DNA from: the human T2T-CHM13v2.0 reference genome, Homo sapiens
NCBI RefSeq assembly: GCF_009914755.1
Contig: NC_060926.1
DNA length: 64,000 bases
Strand: one strand, 5' to 3'
Of the stretch, positions 43,058 through 56,811 are shown in pieces (the first letter of the stretch is position 1; each line of letters starts with the position of its first letter). The notes beneath the pieces were generated by a model, which saw only the letters and a program-made list of their open reading frames with translations, searched no databases and was not told where the DNA came from. A program made the translations under genes and the position numbers.

Positions 43058-44160
43058 AGTCCAGTTGCAATTAACTAGTGTGAGCTCTTATTTAACTGAA
43101 GCAAATGCTTTCTGACAGTGTGTACTTTGAATTTTTTAACAATATAAAAGACAACATTTTCTGCATTGTTAACAAATATAGAGAACAAAAATCCATTTAT
43201 ACAAATAATTTCTTGGATCATTCAGGTCCAATTTAGGACCTTTAAGAGTATAAATGTAAATGTATCCGATATCATGGCATCTTTATTCCAGATCTGTTAC
43301 TGAATTATTTGAAAGAAAAATGCTTCACATAAAACAGATTAAGAACTGAGAAAACATAAAGCAATACCTTCTGGGCTGCCATTTCCTCATCTATGAGAAG
43401 GGTGCAGGACATGATCTTTAATGTCTTTTTCAGTTCCGTTGGCTTTTTATTCTTACAAACCTGAAGTTCACTTAGTTTCTAAAGAGTATGGGATGAAGGA
43501 GAAACTATAACAAGTTACAAAAAATTTATTTTGTTTATAAACAAAAATTACAAACAAAAAATTATAAATTTTGTTTGTTAATTTATAAACTTACCTTTAA
43601 AATTAAACAAAAATTACAAACAAAAAACAAAATCATAAATTTTGTTTACTTTGTTAATTTATAAACTTACCTTTAGTTTAAAAATTATTCTTGCCTAGAA
43701 CTTTAAGGTTCTGAGTCTGGAATACCTTTTAGTTCTTTCATACCTTAAAAAGTACTTACTTCATTAACAATATCAATTATTGAATATATCTTTTGAACAA
43801 AAGTCTTCTTGCTTTCAATTAATTTTTTTCTCCTGACTTGAACCTTGTTTGTAAGGATAATTATCACACAAAAGTCTTACGTAAATTATAAAAAAACAGA
43901 GTGTCTCTATCTAAGAGATTGGAGTTTCCTAATTTCTCATTCTACCAGATTAACAAATATCACAAATAACAAGAAAATAATCCTTTCAGTTTCACCATGG
44001 GATGGTATTCTGATTATTTTAGGGAAGACCAAGTCTGAGTTAATACTGAAGAGGGACGTTAATAAAAATCTTTTCTCTCTGCCCAAGGTTTCTAATGTTT
44101 ATAAAAGGAGCTCTTCTGCTACAGTAACTCAGTTACTTTAAAACACACTCATATATGGAG

Positions 44161-44232
44161 AAAATTCTATGAGGCATTAACACAGTATCCAAAACAAAAA
44201 TTCTATGAGGCATTAACACAGTATCCAAAACA
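44161..44232. repeat. Perfect 36-bp tandem duplication
   Basis: aaaattctatgaggcattaacacagtatccaaaaca twice. Confidence 0.95.
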
Positions 44233-44244
44233 ATTTTCAGGGTC

Positions 44245-44250
44245 TTTATT
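44245..44250 (-). terminator. HIBCH: HIBCH poly(A) signal
   Basis: tttatt on + (AATAAA on -), ~460 nt after the stop, followed by a U/GU-rich tract on -. Confidence 0.65.
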
Positions 44251-44371
44251 TTTTATATTGTATACCTAAGTTGATTTCATCAACATACAAGCCAAACGAA
44301 GATCCCATTTCAATTAGATATACCACTCAAGAGAATCTCCAAAGATCTTCACATTTTTCCATCTTCTAAAA

Positions 44372-44676
44372 CAAGGATTGACAAACTTTTTTCTGACAAA
44401 AACCAGACAGTAAATAATTAGGCTTTGTAGGCTTTACCATCTCTATTGCAACTACTCATTTCAAAGCAGCCACAGATAATATATAAACAGATGAGTATAG
44501 CTAGTTCCAATAAAGCTTTATTTGTGAATTCTGATAATTTTCACGTCATGAATTATTAGTCTTTGATTTCTTTTCCCAACCATTTAAAAATGCGGAAACC
44601 ATTCTTAGCTTACAGGGTATATAAAAACAGGCAGCAGGCTGGATTTGGCCCACATGCTGTAGATTGCCAACCCATG
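44372..44676. mobile_element. MER58B-like hAT element inside the HIBCH 3'UTR
   Basis: caaggattgacaaac...ccagacagtaaata...ggctggatttggccc...tgccaacccatg. Confidence 0.8.
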
Positions 44677-44706
44677 CTACAAAATATACCTTAAAAGCCT
44701 GTCACC

Positions 44707-44844
<138 letters not shown>

Positions 44845-46433
44845 TTAATACCATTATTTTTGTCTAATATTGCTAGATTTTACTTACTGAATTGACAGAA
44901 ATTCTTATACTAGGCACATTTTTCTATCATACTTTTTTCCTGCAAAATTTTTATATGTATTCTATTTTTCTTTTAAATTAAATCTCCAGGGATGGACAGC
45001 AATATACTTTTGATGACTGGGGTGGATATTTTCTAACTTCCTAAGCCTCATGTCTTAGCTTTAATAAAGCCTACTGAATTAATCCAGTGGTTTAAACATT
45101 AGAATTCTTTTTTTCTTCTTGAAATAAAATTGCCAGTGAAACCTCCACATTACAAAACAGGTAAAACCAGTGGTTTAAAGTAAAGGCAGGGGAGGGCAGA
45201 GGGACCAGATGTGCCTTCTAACCTCCTCCACATTGAATTTTGGGAGGAAATTAATTGCTTAAGGTAGAGAAAAGGGGACTTCATGCATAATTAAATGTGG
45301 ATACTGTTGTTCTGCTGAATCCTCCAGTTCAGACAGCTCTGGATTTAAAAAAATCAGGTTATCATGAAACCGTCTAGTTCTCCTATTTCAGTGTAGTCAT
45401 CACTCATCATAGCCACATAGTATCCCCACAGGATTATGAGGCAATCTGTAACTTCTCCGAAAAAAAAGGGGGAGGAATGTCCAGTATACTGTAGTTACAC
45501 ACACGTTATCATTTGGGAGACTGGGTGGAAGGTATGCAAGATCTCTATATTATTTCTTACAACCGCATGAATCTACAATGATCTCCAAATTTTAATGTTA
45601 TGGTTGTGGCAGCAAATTTCAACCATGCTTAAAATGCACATAATTCTTGTGAAGAATGGAAATATTTAAATGTGCAAACTATAGTGAACTAGAAAAACCT
45701 AATTTAGCATTTAAAGGCTAAAATAGTTAAAGAAGCAGTATGGGAACCAAGGAAGAAGACTGCCTTGGTAGGTGGAGGGAAGCTTTTACATACAATTAAA
45801 TGCAGATACGGGAGGTTTGTTTTTAAGATTTAACTGCCTACTATGAGATTCTGGTATCAGATCAGTGGCGATATTAAATACTGATGTTCTGATCCCTACT
45901 ATTTGAAAGTTTTATATTCCGTGGACAGTGTAAACAAAGAACAACCCCGGCACATTTTTTCCACAAGAATCTCTCTCACTCTAAGTCTTCTGGTCAATAC
46001 TACCTGTCTCCTTGAGATCCCACTGAAGGACAAGAGCAAAGAGACTATTAATCAAATTTGTTATTTTATTTCAAGCTAACAATTTTTTTACTAGAATACA
46101 TACAAGTTCGTGCCATGTAGGCAGCTCAGGTTTTGCAAGTCTCCTGAGATAGCCACTACATGGAGTTTGAGTGGGTATCCAGCTCCACTAAGATGGTCTT
46201 TTTTTCTTCTTCTATAACCACAAAGTAGTAATTTGTTCTAGATGTTAACAGTAAGAATTTTTAACAACTGTTAAATTTGCTAACTTACTTTAACTTGCTA
46301 ATATGTTTTTATTATTAGCAAACTGCAGCAAACATTTGACTATGTAAAGAACACAACAGTTTTCAATCTCAGAACAGACGCTGCTTTCTGAAAGAGGCGG
46401 CAATATACTTTCTCTTCATTAAAAAGTAGCATA

Positions 46434-46764
<331 letters not shown>

Positions 46765-47188
46765 TCAGAACTTTGATGCTGATTGGTTTCAACATTTTTT
46801 CCTCAAAATAACAGTATTTATCTAAAAACAGTATCTTTCTTTTTAAAGAAGGGCTATTATAACATATAATGAATACTTTAACAATATAACCCTGTATGCT
46901 TACAGGTCCTCTAAAATCAGAGTTCTAGGCTGTAATCCACATGCAGCAAGAATTTGCAGAGAATTTGTGAGGAAAATGCCTATGTTACTTAGTTTCTACA
47001 AGACACACTGCCATCTCCTCTGATCAGCTCCATGTGCTGAATACTAAAAAGATTTCAATCAAGTCCTTATTTCTGATATTGTATCATGTCAGAAATGAAG
47101 AGAACTCTATGAAGAGTGATTGTTTATCAAAGCTTAAGAGCTGAGAGAACATAACATAACCTTTTATTCAGATAAAAAAGTATATCCA

Positions 47189-47520
<332 letters not shown>

Positions 47521-48203
47521 CTATAGTAAAATAATTAATAAAAACAGGAACATTAGATATGCAAAATACATGCAGAGGGAACAACTCATTTTATACAACA
47601 TAAATAACAGCTTTTTATAAGGATAAGAATTATGCATAAAAAGGAATTGTTGCAAGTATGCTAGAAAAAACAGTCAAGCACGTCAAGCACTTCACTTGCT
47701 TTTTCTAAATATGCTGACATTGGAGATTATAAGCAAAATGGAAAGTATTAATAAGACAATCTGCAGATGTTACTAATGACATCATATGGTCTTTTTCCCC
47801 AGCAATGTTTAACTGCTGAGGTACAGGCAAGAAGGTGGAAAGTAGGGTTAGACCACTGGTCAATTTTGCCAGGCCAGCACGAAAGAGGGAGAAAGGGTAG
47901 GGGATTTGAGGGCTTTTTGTAAGGTAATAAATGCATGTTTCAAAGGCCACAGCAGCAGGATGGCAGCAGGATGAGTTTACAAGCTCAATGCTGCACTTAT
48001 CAGATGCAGTCCATGATTGTAGGGGCAGGATTACCTTATATATAAATTAGGAAACAGTGGCCAAGTTATGTGAATTTTTAAAACAATTATCAGTTTCAAA
48101 GACTGATCTTCCTTTTCATATCCCAGATGGTAACATATTCTTTAAAAACATACACAACTTTGCAATCTTAATAAAAGTTTAATTTTCACTACTAAAACAA
48201 CTA

Positions 48204-48395
48204 TAGGTTGAGTATTCTTTATCTGGAATGCTTGGGATCAGAAGTGTTTCAGGTTTGATTTTTTTTTTTTTTTTCAGATTTTGGAATATTTGCATTATAC
48301 TTATGGTCCAATGAACATTTGAGTGTCATGTTGGTGCTCAAATAGTTTCAGATTTTGGTACATTTTGGATTTTAGGATTTGGGATGCATAATCTG
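48204..48395. mobile_element. Tigger4/Zombi-like TcMar MITE
   Basis: aggttgagtattctttatctggaatgcttgggatcagaagtgtttc start, inverted end, TA flanks. Confidence 0.75.
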
Positions 48396-48469
48396 TATCT
48401 TCTTTAATTAACAGCATATGCTCACAAATCCCATTTCCCCAAAATGGTAAGTTCCCATTTGCCACTTAC

Positions 48470-48503
48470 CAGCTCTAACGCCTTCATGAAAGTCATGACC
48501 TCT
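48470..48503 (-). CDS. HIBCH: HIBCH penultimate exon (34 nt): RGHDFHEGVRA+G
   Basis: ttctttcag|AGAGGTCATGAC...AGAGCTG|gtaagt; DFxEGVRA motif; phase fits both neighbouring exons. Confidence 0.96.
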
Positions 48504-48579
48504 CTGAAAGAAAATTGAGATTAAATGGGGATAATTTCTGGGTGTCCTTATTCTGGGTTATTTTCTCTCTCCTCTATTC

Positions 48580-51480
48580 ACTTCAGCCTTCCACTCCCAT
48601 GGCCACAACCTGAACCATGACATTCAGAGACTGAACCACCTCTGATAGCCCACTCTCTGATCACCACCTCCTAAATCTTATTTGCTCAAGTATCTCCACT
48701 GCTACAAATCATTGATCTTACTGAGGTCCACAGATCCTATGACTTTCTCCCCATCTGTGCTGGCTTCACTTTGCTCTTCATCCAGCCCAATTTCACCAGT
48801 CCTTTAATATGGTCACTTTCCTGTCAAAATGTCATCATCTCCCTCAAACCTTTTTTCCTTTTTTACAATCCTAGCAAAATCCTGGCACCAACTAAACCCT
48901 ATCACGTACCCCTGCCTGCACTTCAGCAGCTAAGTCTTGCTGCAGAAAATCATACAACTGTGACTGGTTTCATTTAAAATTCATGATCAAAAATCTCAAA
49001 CAGGCACAGAAAACTGCCAAACAATCCAAGATCTCTTCCCAACTCCCCAAGATAATGATTTTAAGTGTTTTCTGCCTTCTCAACCTCTACCCGTAGAGCA
49101 CACTCTTATTATAGTCTCAGCCAGTTACTTAACCTCTGACTTCTTTAAAAATACGAGAAGCTCTTAGATATGAAGTCTTGTCTTCTCACCACTAAAACAC
49201 CTGCAGGCAACTGTGGCCATCTGCACCTGCCTTCTCTTTCAATGCCGTGGAGGAAAGGACCATCCCTTTTTCAAAGACCAGTCCTCCCTTGCATTCCAAT
49301 TCACATCCCCTCTTGCCTTCTCAAGGATGGACTTTGCTTGATGTGGTCATTCACTTTTATTTTCCTAGAATCATCGATGTAGGCAATATAGCTGAGTTCA
49401 AATGTCTAGGTTCACATCCTGATAGCTACATATTAACTATGTGACCTCGGACTAGTAATTTCTCCAACCCTAGTTTCTTTACATGAAAAGGTAATTTATA
49501 TATCCATCCTAGGATTATTTTAATCCACATCCAAGCACAGTGTCCGACACTAAGTGTTCAGTAAATATTAACTACCATTAGTATCATCAACATAATCTTG
49601 TTTCTCTATTGGATCATTCCCAATCATTTTTAAACATGTTCTAGTACCTTCCATCTTACAAAATAAAAAAGGAACTTCATTTGATTCCACAGTCCCAGCT
49701 TCTATCCTATTTCACTTTCAAGAGTATTCATCTACACATATTCTCTCCACTTCTTCACATCCCATTTTTCCTCTCCAACTTACTACACTCTAACTTCTGC
49801 CCCCACTCCTCTAAAATGGCTTGCCAAAACCACCCATGACATCGGCATCGCCAAGGTCAAATGACACTTCTAACCTCGTCTACACTTTGACAGCGTTCAA
49901 CACTGTCCATTACACCCTCCTCCCCGAAACATTCCTCACTTTCTTTTGTGACACTACACTCTCCTGGTCCTCCTACCTCTCCATCCTTTTTTTCCTTCCT
50001 ACTGCTCTTTCTCTACCACACCTCAAAATGTTAGAGTTCCTTAGGGCTCAGGTCTGGACTCTCATTTTCTTTATAATATGATCTTACCTATTCAGTGCTC
50101 AACATAGCAGCCTGAGTGATCAATTCTTTAAAGTATAAGATCATGGCATTCCTCTCCTCATAATCACCTAGTGGCTTCCCATTTTACTCAGCCAAAGTCC
50201 TTAGAGAGACCTTCAAGGCTCTGTATGCTCTGCACAGCCTTTCTCTACACTGTTTCCTCTGACCTCATCTCTCACTCACCACAACCTCTGCCCCCCATCC
50301 GCTTCCACACGGCCTCTTTGTGGTCCCTAGCACAGGCAGTCATGCTCCAGCCTCACAGCTTTGTTCTTGCAGTTCCCACTGCCTGGGATGCTCTTCCTCT
50401 AGATAATGGCATGGGCTCACTTCCTTACTTCTTTCAGGAATTCACTCAAAGAACATCTCAGTGAGGCCTTCTCTGGTCATCCCATCTACAATTCATCCCC
50501 CTGTTACTCTATATCACATATCCTGCTTCCTTTTTCTTGTTAATATTTATAATCATATAATATATATTTTATGTATTAATCTTGTTTACAGTCTATTTCC
50601 CCATTATAAAGTAAGTTCCATGAGGGCAGGTGTTATCCTACTCCCTACTCCCCAAGATAATGATTTAAACTGTTTTCTGCCTTTTCAACCTCAACCCCTG
50701 GAGCACACCTATGTACCTGGAACCTATGTACCTGGGTACCTCTAACAGTGTCTACGACATAGTAAGCACTCTTGTTTAGTAAATAACGAATCCCCAAGGT
50801 TTTCTTAATTGCTGTTGGTGTCTTTCAGATTTAAATCTCCAACTCATTCCTCTAATCTCTAACTCCTAAATGCATTCCTTCCCTCACATCCAGCAAGTCC
50901 TATCTATTCTATCTCCTACATGTGTCTCAAATCCATTTACTTCTCTCAATTGCCACCATGCTTGTCTCAAAACTACTATTTCACACCTGGATCACTGCAG
51001 GAAATCTATATCTGGTCTCTAAACCGTTCTTGAACCTCTCCAACCCTATCTCCACACAGCAGCAACAATTTCCTTCTTAAAGCAAATTGAACCGAATGAA
51101 ATGAAAAATCAAATCACCTCCTGCTTAAGCCCAAGAGTCTTCTCAACATACTCCTTTCTCATCCTTTAGGTCACAAATGAAGTGACATCACAAAGATGTC
51201 TTCCCTGATCTACTTAAGGAGGTTTCCCATTGCCCCCCAACTCCCTCCTGTCCCTGCATAATCTCTTCTATCACCAACCCTGTATGTTTTCCTTTAGAGT
51301 ACTTATCACAATTTATAATTATTTTACTTATTTTGTTTACTTGTTCTTTGTAGTCTCAGTAGACTAAACCCATGAAAATAAAGGACTGTGTCTTCTTATT
51401 CAACAATATAAGGCTAACACTGAGCACAGTGCCTGGGACATAGCTAACATATTTGCTGAGAGAATGAAGGCAAGAATCAA
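48580..51480 (+). mobile_element. L2 fragments with a nested MIR
   Basis: CT-rich L2 motifs and L2 3' ends (gtaagttccatgagggcagg; gcacagtgcctgggacatag); boundaries approximate. Confidence 0.7.
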
Positions 51481-51529
51481 TCAATCTAGGCAGTGCACTA
51501 AAAGTGTAATGAAAAACATGGAATGTGTG

Positions 51530-51780
51530 AGGTATACAGGAGAGTGGTCAAGAGTGCAGGCACTGGAGTAAGACTGCCTGGTTTCATATGCCATATCTCT
51601 GTCACTTAATAGCTGCACAACCTTAGGCAAGTTACACCACTATATAACAATTTCTTCATCTGTAAAATGGAGTCAATAACAGTACCTATCCTTCTAGAGA
51701 TACCATAAGATTTAATGGAGCAAATGCATATAAAGTGCCTAGCGTAGTACCTGCACATAATAAACAATAGACGTCAGCTG
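51530..51780 (+). mobile_element. MIR
   Basis: gtggtcaagagtgcaggc...ccttaggcaagtta...ttcttcatctgtaaaatgg. Confidence 0.8.
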
Positions 51781-52536
51781 CCATTTACATCCCTCAAGGA
51801 GTGACTTTAAGACATGGCTAACAGAGTTATTTCTAACTAGATGAACTACATTGAACATCTTAATAACTATTACATTAAAGTCATTAGGAATGTCTCCTTT
51901 CTGGCTATTAAGCCAAATAGTCCCTTTAGTCCATATATTAGTCTAAATAATAAGATGCTTCTTAAGGGTCCTCTGAACATAAAGGATGATTCTGACTTTA
52001 AAGAGTTTATCATCTGGAAGAATAAATAAATATAAATATGAGATGTTTCATGAAATCAATATTCTATGTGATTATTGTCCACTTTATGTTTACAATGGTA
52101 CTTTAATAATGCTCATTATTTTAAACACGTAACAGACTAATAACTTCCATTTGTGCATTTACTTTATATATATATCTGCTTATAAATAATCCTCTTCATT
52201 TTACCAATGAGGGAATTCACATTTACAGAGTTTATATGCCTTGCCCAAGGTCACAGAGACCATCGCTGAAAGACATTAATTTCTATTTTGAATTCCTCTA
52301 AGATGAGGTTAGAGAGCTTCTTACACTGACATGCAAATGTAATTGCTATTTTATAAAGGCTTAATAACAATCTGGGTAGCAATACTTCCACACATCTAAA
52401 ACTAACTGGCCTGTTGTGTTTTTGTAGAGTAAATTTACAGGTGGTTTTAATTTTCTTGTTTGCACTTAGTGTATTTTACAAGTTCTACAATAAACGTATG
52501 TTACTTTTAGAACTAAAAAATGACATTTTTTTTTTA

Positions 52537-52737
<201 letters not shown>

Positions 52738-53605
52738 CTATGTAAATAATATTAAAATATGCCAAAATCTCATAAAAGATTATACCCTAGCTTAATCCTG
52801 CCAAAGCACCAAACAAAACTTTTCTAATCTGCTACAAAAACAAAACATCATTCCACAAGTGGAATAAATTCTGTAGCTGTGACTAATAAAATAAATCCAT
52901 ATTTGTAGTTTGCTTAGCATAAATTATGCCAATTGGCTAAGCAAACAGCAATTACACTTAAATAAAATCAATACACACCTTACAAACCAATCATATTCAT
53001 GGAGTATAGAAAATAACGCATACAGTGGTCCATTTCCGGGACAAAGTGTCTTGAATCGGCATAGGTCAGCAAACTACAGAAGAAACAGGATACTAGGCCC
53101 CTGCTTCAATAGCCAATGCCTGCTTGTCAGCCTCCCGCTTCGTCCCCTTTTCCCCCACTTAGCTGCCCTCACCCGAACCAAAGAAGTTTAGCCTAGATAC
53201 TAGTCTGCAAAATAGCTCACTTTGTCTGTTCTTATCATCCTGCCCAGCTACTTAGGTCATAAGTCAAATACTTCAAGAGCCCCTGAACTAACTAGGATTG
53301 CAATGCATTGTGGGCTGCAACAAAATGCAGCAAGACAACCCTAAAAAAAAACACCTAAAGCTGCTACCTAACACTCAACAGGTGACGTCCGGGATGACTG
53401 TGACCCTATAGGACTCAGCCTATAAGGAACCGGGGGAGGGACCTGTGCACTAGGAGGTTAAGTTGCTTGTTAAAACTGTGCCGGGTGTGCCTGCACACCA
53501 GACACCCAATCTTGCAAGACCGTCATTAAAAGTCTCGCTTTTGCTACTGTCCGGGTCTCTGAGTCCATTCTGTGGGTTTGGACGGGTGAATTGTTTCTCA
53601 CAACC

Positions 53606-53620
53606 TGGTGGCCCATACGG
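53606..53620 (+). other. Primer-binding site (tRNA-Ile type)
   Basis: TGGTGGCCCATACGG 3 nt after the LTR end; one mismatch to TGGTGGCCCGTACGG, the complement of the tRNA-Ile(AAU) 3' end. Confidence 0.85.
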
Positions 53621-53948
53621 CTATCTCTGTGCCTGTATGGAGTTAAGACTCCAGCCGAGAAGGGAGACGCACCCCACTTGATTTATGTGGCCTGCTCTGG
53701 ACATCTTGGCTCCCCGCAGAAGCCACAGACAAACCCAAGTCTTGTTCAGGAGACAGCGGAGGTGACACAAGGAGAAAAGCAGGCACCGTGGCAACCAGCC
53801 AACCTCCTGCATGATCCAAGGTAGGAAAGTTGGATTATCAGTACTGCCTTGGTATTGGGGCATTTTCAGAGAACCCGGAGTGTGCAAGAAACCTCCAGTA
53901 AGGGGGGCTGAGTACACAGCAAAAACCTGACACAGAGACTAAGTGAAA

Positions 53949-55270
53949 ATGGGAAACAGGAATTCTAGGCCTACAGAACAAAGGAAAGAGCGAACTAAAA
54001 AGACCCCCTCTGACATTCTCCCAGATAGTCCCTTGGGGAGAATGTTGCAGGTTTGAATGGATAATCCCCAAACCAGGAACAAGGAAAAGCAAAAGATGAT
54101 AGAGTATTGCTGTTTTATCTGGCCCAAAAAGCCCATTTGTCAGCCTTTGGTCTTTTGGCCTAAGTTTGGCTCAGATGAGGACTGGGTGTGCCAAGCTTTA
54201 ATTCTCTACGTGAATGATAAAACCCATACTCACAGAGGATGTGGGTTATGTTCTTTGTTGGATTAGTGATTTAACCCCATGTTCCCCCTTAAAGAGGAAG
54301 AGCACAGTAAAGAGCCCTCACCCAGTGAAAAGCCCTGGGATCCCCAACACGCTTGCCCCTCCCCCAAACATCTCACAAGGTAGAGGACAGGGAGATCGGG
54401 GGCAAGAGGAAGGTCGAGGAAAGAGGAATCTGGGGATCATGAAGGAGCTAAACCCAGTGCTCCCTTAAATCCTTATCCAAACTTGAGGAAAGAATTAGAA
54501 CAATGTAAGAAGGACATTGAGAATTTCCCTATTTCTTCTGAACAGTAGACGTCTAATAAGTACTCTCTTAGAGAAGTCCCTATGGGACAGGGAGGAGTTG
54601 GGTTTGTGAATGCACCTCTAACAAGTACTGAGGTTAGGAATTTTAAAAAGGAAATGAGGCCATTCTTGGAAGATCCCCTCGGTTTAGCAGAGCAAACCTC
54701 AGCTTAGCAGAGATCCCCTCGGTTTAGCAGCTAGATCAATTTTTAGGACCCAATTTTTATACTTAGGCTGAGATGATGTCAATCATGAATATTGTGTTTA
54801 CTGGGGAAGAGAGGGGAATAATTATAAGGGCAGCCATAACCATTTGGGAAAGACAGCGTCCTCCCAGGCAAGAAGTCCTGCCAACTGAGCAGAAATTCCT
54901 AAATGCAGATCCTGGATGGGATAACAATAAAGAGATCGGGCCCAAATGCAGGACCTAAGGGAACTAATAATTAAAGGGATTAAAAAGTCCACTCCTAGGA
55001 CATAAAATGTCTCAAAAGCATTTGAGATTCAACAACAAAAAAGGAGGAGACTCCCTCTGTGTTGCTGCAGAGGCTCAGTGATCAAATGCGAAAATATTCA
55101 GGATTAAATCCAGAGGACCCAGTAGGGCAAGGCCTTTAATTTTAAAGGTTAATTTTCTGACTAAAAGCTGGCCTGATATTACTAAGAAACTGCAAAAGGT
55201 TAATGGATGGAATGAAAAACCAATTAAGGAATTACTAAGGGAAGCTCAGAAGGTTTCTGTAAGAAGAAAG
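53949..55270 (+). pseudogene. ERV gag pseudogene (MA-CA), with stops and frameshifts
   Basis: MGNRNSRP...PDSPLGRML; MIEYCCFIWPK...FWPKFGSDEDWVCQAL; WPDITKKLQKVNGWNEKPIKELLREAQK. Confidence 0.88.
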
Positions 55271-56811
55271 GGGGAAACATCGATGAAAAGAAAGGAAATC
55301 AGAAAGATAAAGGGGAGGAAACAGCAAACGTAGAGGGCCAGAGAAAGAGTTAAGCTGCTGACCCTGAAGGCAAGGGAAAGCCTGGTGCACAGCTGTGTGT
55401 GTGGGAGCCACTGGACTAAGCAGCCAAGACAGGGAAGGCAGTGTAAGACACTGTGCAGGTGTGCTGGTGCCCAGAGAAAAAGAGTCAGAACTGTCTGTCA
55501 GACACGGGGGAGCCAGGGCACAGTTAAGGCTCAGCTCATGCCCAGAGAGAGAAAGAGGAAGAAACTGAGTTTGAGGGAAAAAGGAAACAGGGGATGACAG
55601 AAAGAGAAATAAAAGAAGAAAATGAGCAAGAGAGAGACTGGAAAAGACAAAGATCAAAGAGACACAGAAGGTGAGACTGGGGAGAAAAATAATGTAAAAG
55701 GAAGAAAGAGTACAAGAGGAGGTGAGAGGATGTGGAGAGATTGGCAGGGCTGGGGGAAGGTTCTAGAGGCTCAAGCAACAAGGAGGTGCAAGCAAAGGGT
55801 GCAGTGTGGCCACTGAGGCGGGACAGAGCCTGGGAACCGGGCGATGCAAATGAGAAAGGGATGTGGAGGACAGTTTAGGATCAGGAGCAGTGGGTTGCCT
55901 ATGGATGGCTGTCAGAAGGCGGCAGAAAGGATTCAGATTATGGAAGGGTAAATGGATGAAATGACCATTAAGGTTTTGTTGTTGTTTTACTGAGAGGCTG
56001 TAAGTCCACCACGGGCAGCTGTCAGTAAGGCTGCAGAAGGTCTGGGGGGCTATATAAGTTAGATCAGAGGGTTGTAAACTCAAATGACTACAGGGCCAGT
56101 AAATGATGAGAAGGAGGGCTGCAGGGCTGTGTGGGGACTGTGGCTAACTGAAGAGGGCACACCCTGTTAAAGGGGCCACAGCTGCTCAGCTGTGATGCCA
56201 AACTGTCTGCTTTGTCAGAGGCCAGAATTCTTTTTATCTAAAATGGGATTTTTAAATGCTGGTTATCAGTTCAAAAAACTTAAAAACCCAATAGAGGCAA
56301 AAGAGGATGCCAGTTTGCAATCCCTGAAGTAGAGAGAGCTCGTGCTGGGGAGAAGTCTGCCAAGACGCTTTGAGGTGGGATGTTTAAAAGTTCTGTTTCC
56401 CAGAGCTTGGCTGGGCTGGGGGAGGATCCCTGCAGCTGAGGAGGAGGAAAAGCCACTAAGTCCCCTCCCAGAGCGGGACAAACCAGAGACCCTTTGCAGT
56501 TGCTGGGTCACCAGCAGGGGTGGTGTGGAATACAAACAGTACAGCTCTCCGCCTGCCAGGGAGAGGAATGGTGTCTTCAAAGCAAACAATGAGGAAGTGA
56601 GGGTGGAGCCAGGGATGCTTTTGCTAATGAAAGTGCCCCTCAGGAAAGGTGCCACAGGCTGTTAGCTCTTCAAACCAGCAGCTCTTGGCCCAGTGCCAGA
56701 CCCAGCAGGGCCCGACCAAAGGCACCCTGGGAAGCCAGCTGGTCAGTCCCTTGCCTCCCCAAGTTCCTCCAGGGGTCAGTGGACCCTGGGGAAGTGCCTC
56801 ACCTAACTCCA

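Larger units (their letters stand above)
39287..43075 (+). other. C2orf88: C2orf88 terminal exon (5'UTR part, CDS, ~3.3 kb 3'UTR)
   Basis: Acceptor ccttctcttgacag|G at 39286/39287; AATAAA at 43052-57 followed by GT/T-rich sequence. Confidence 0.78.
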
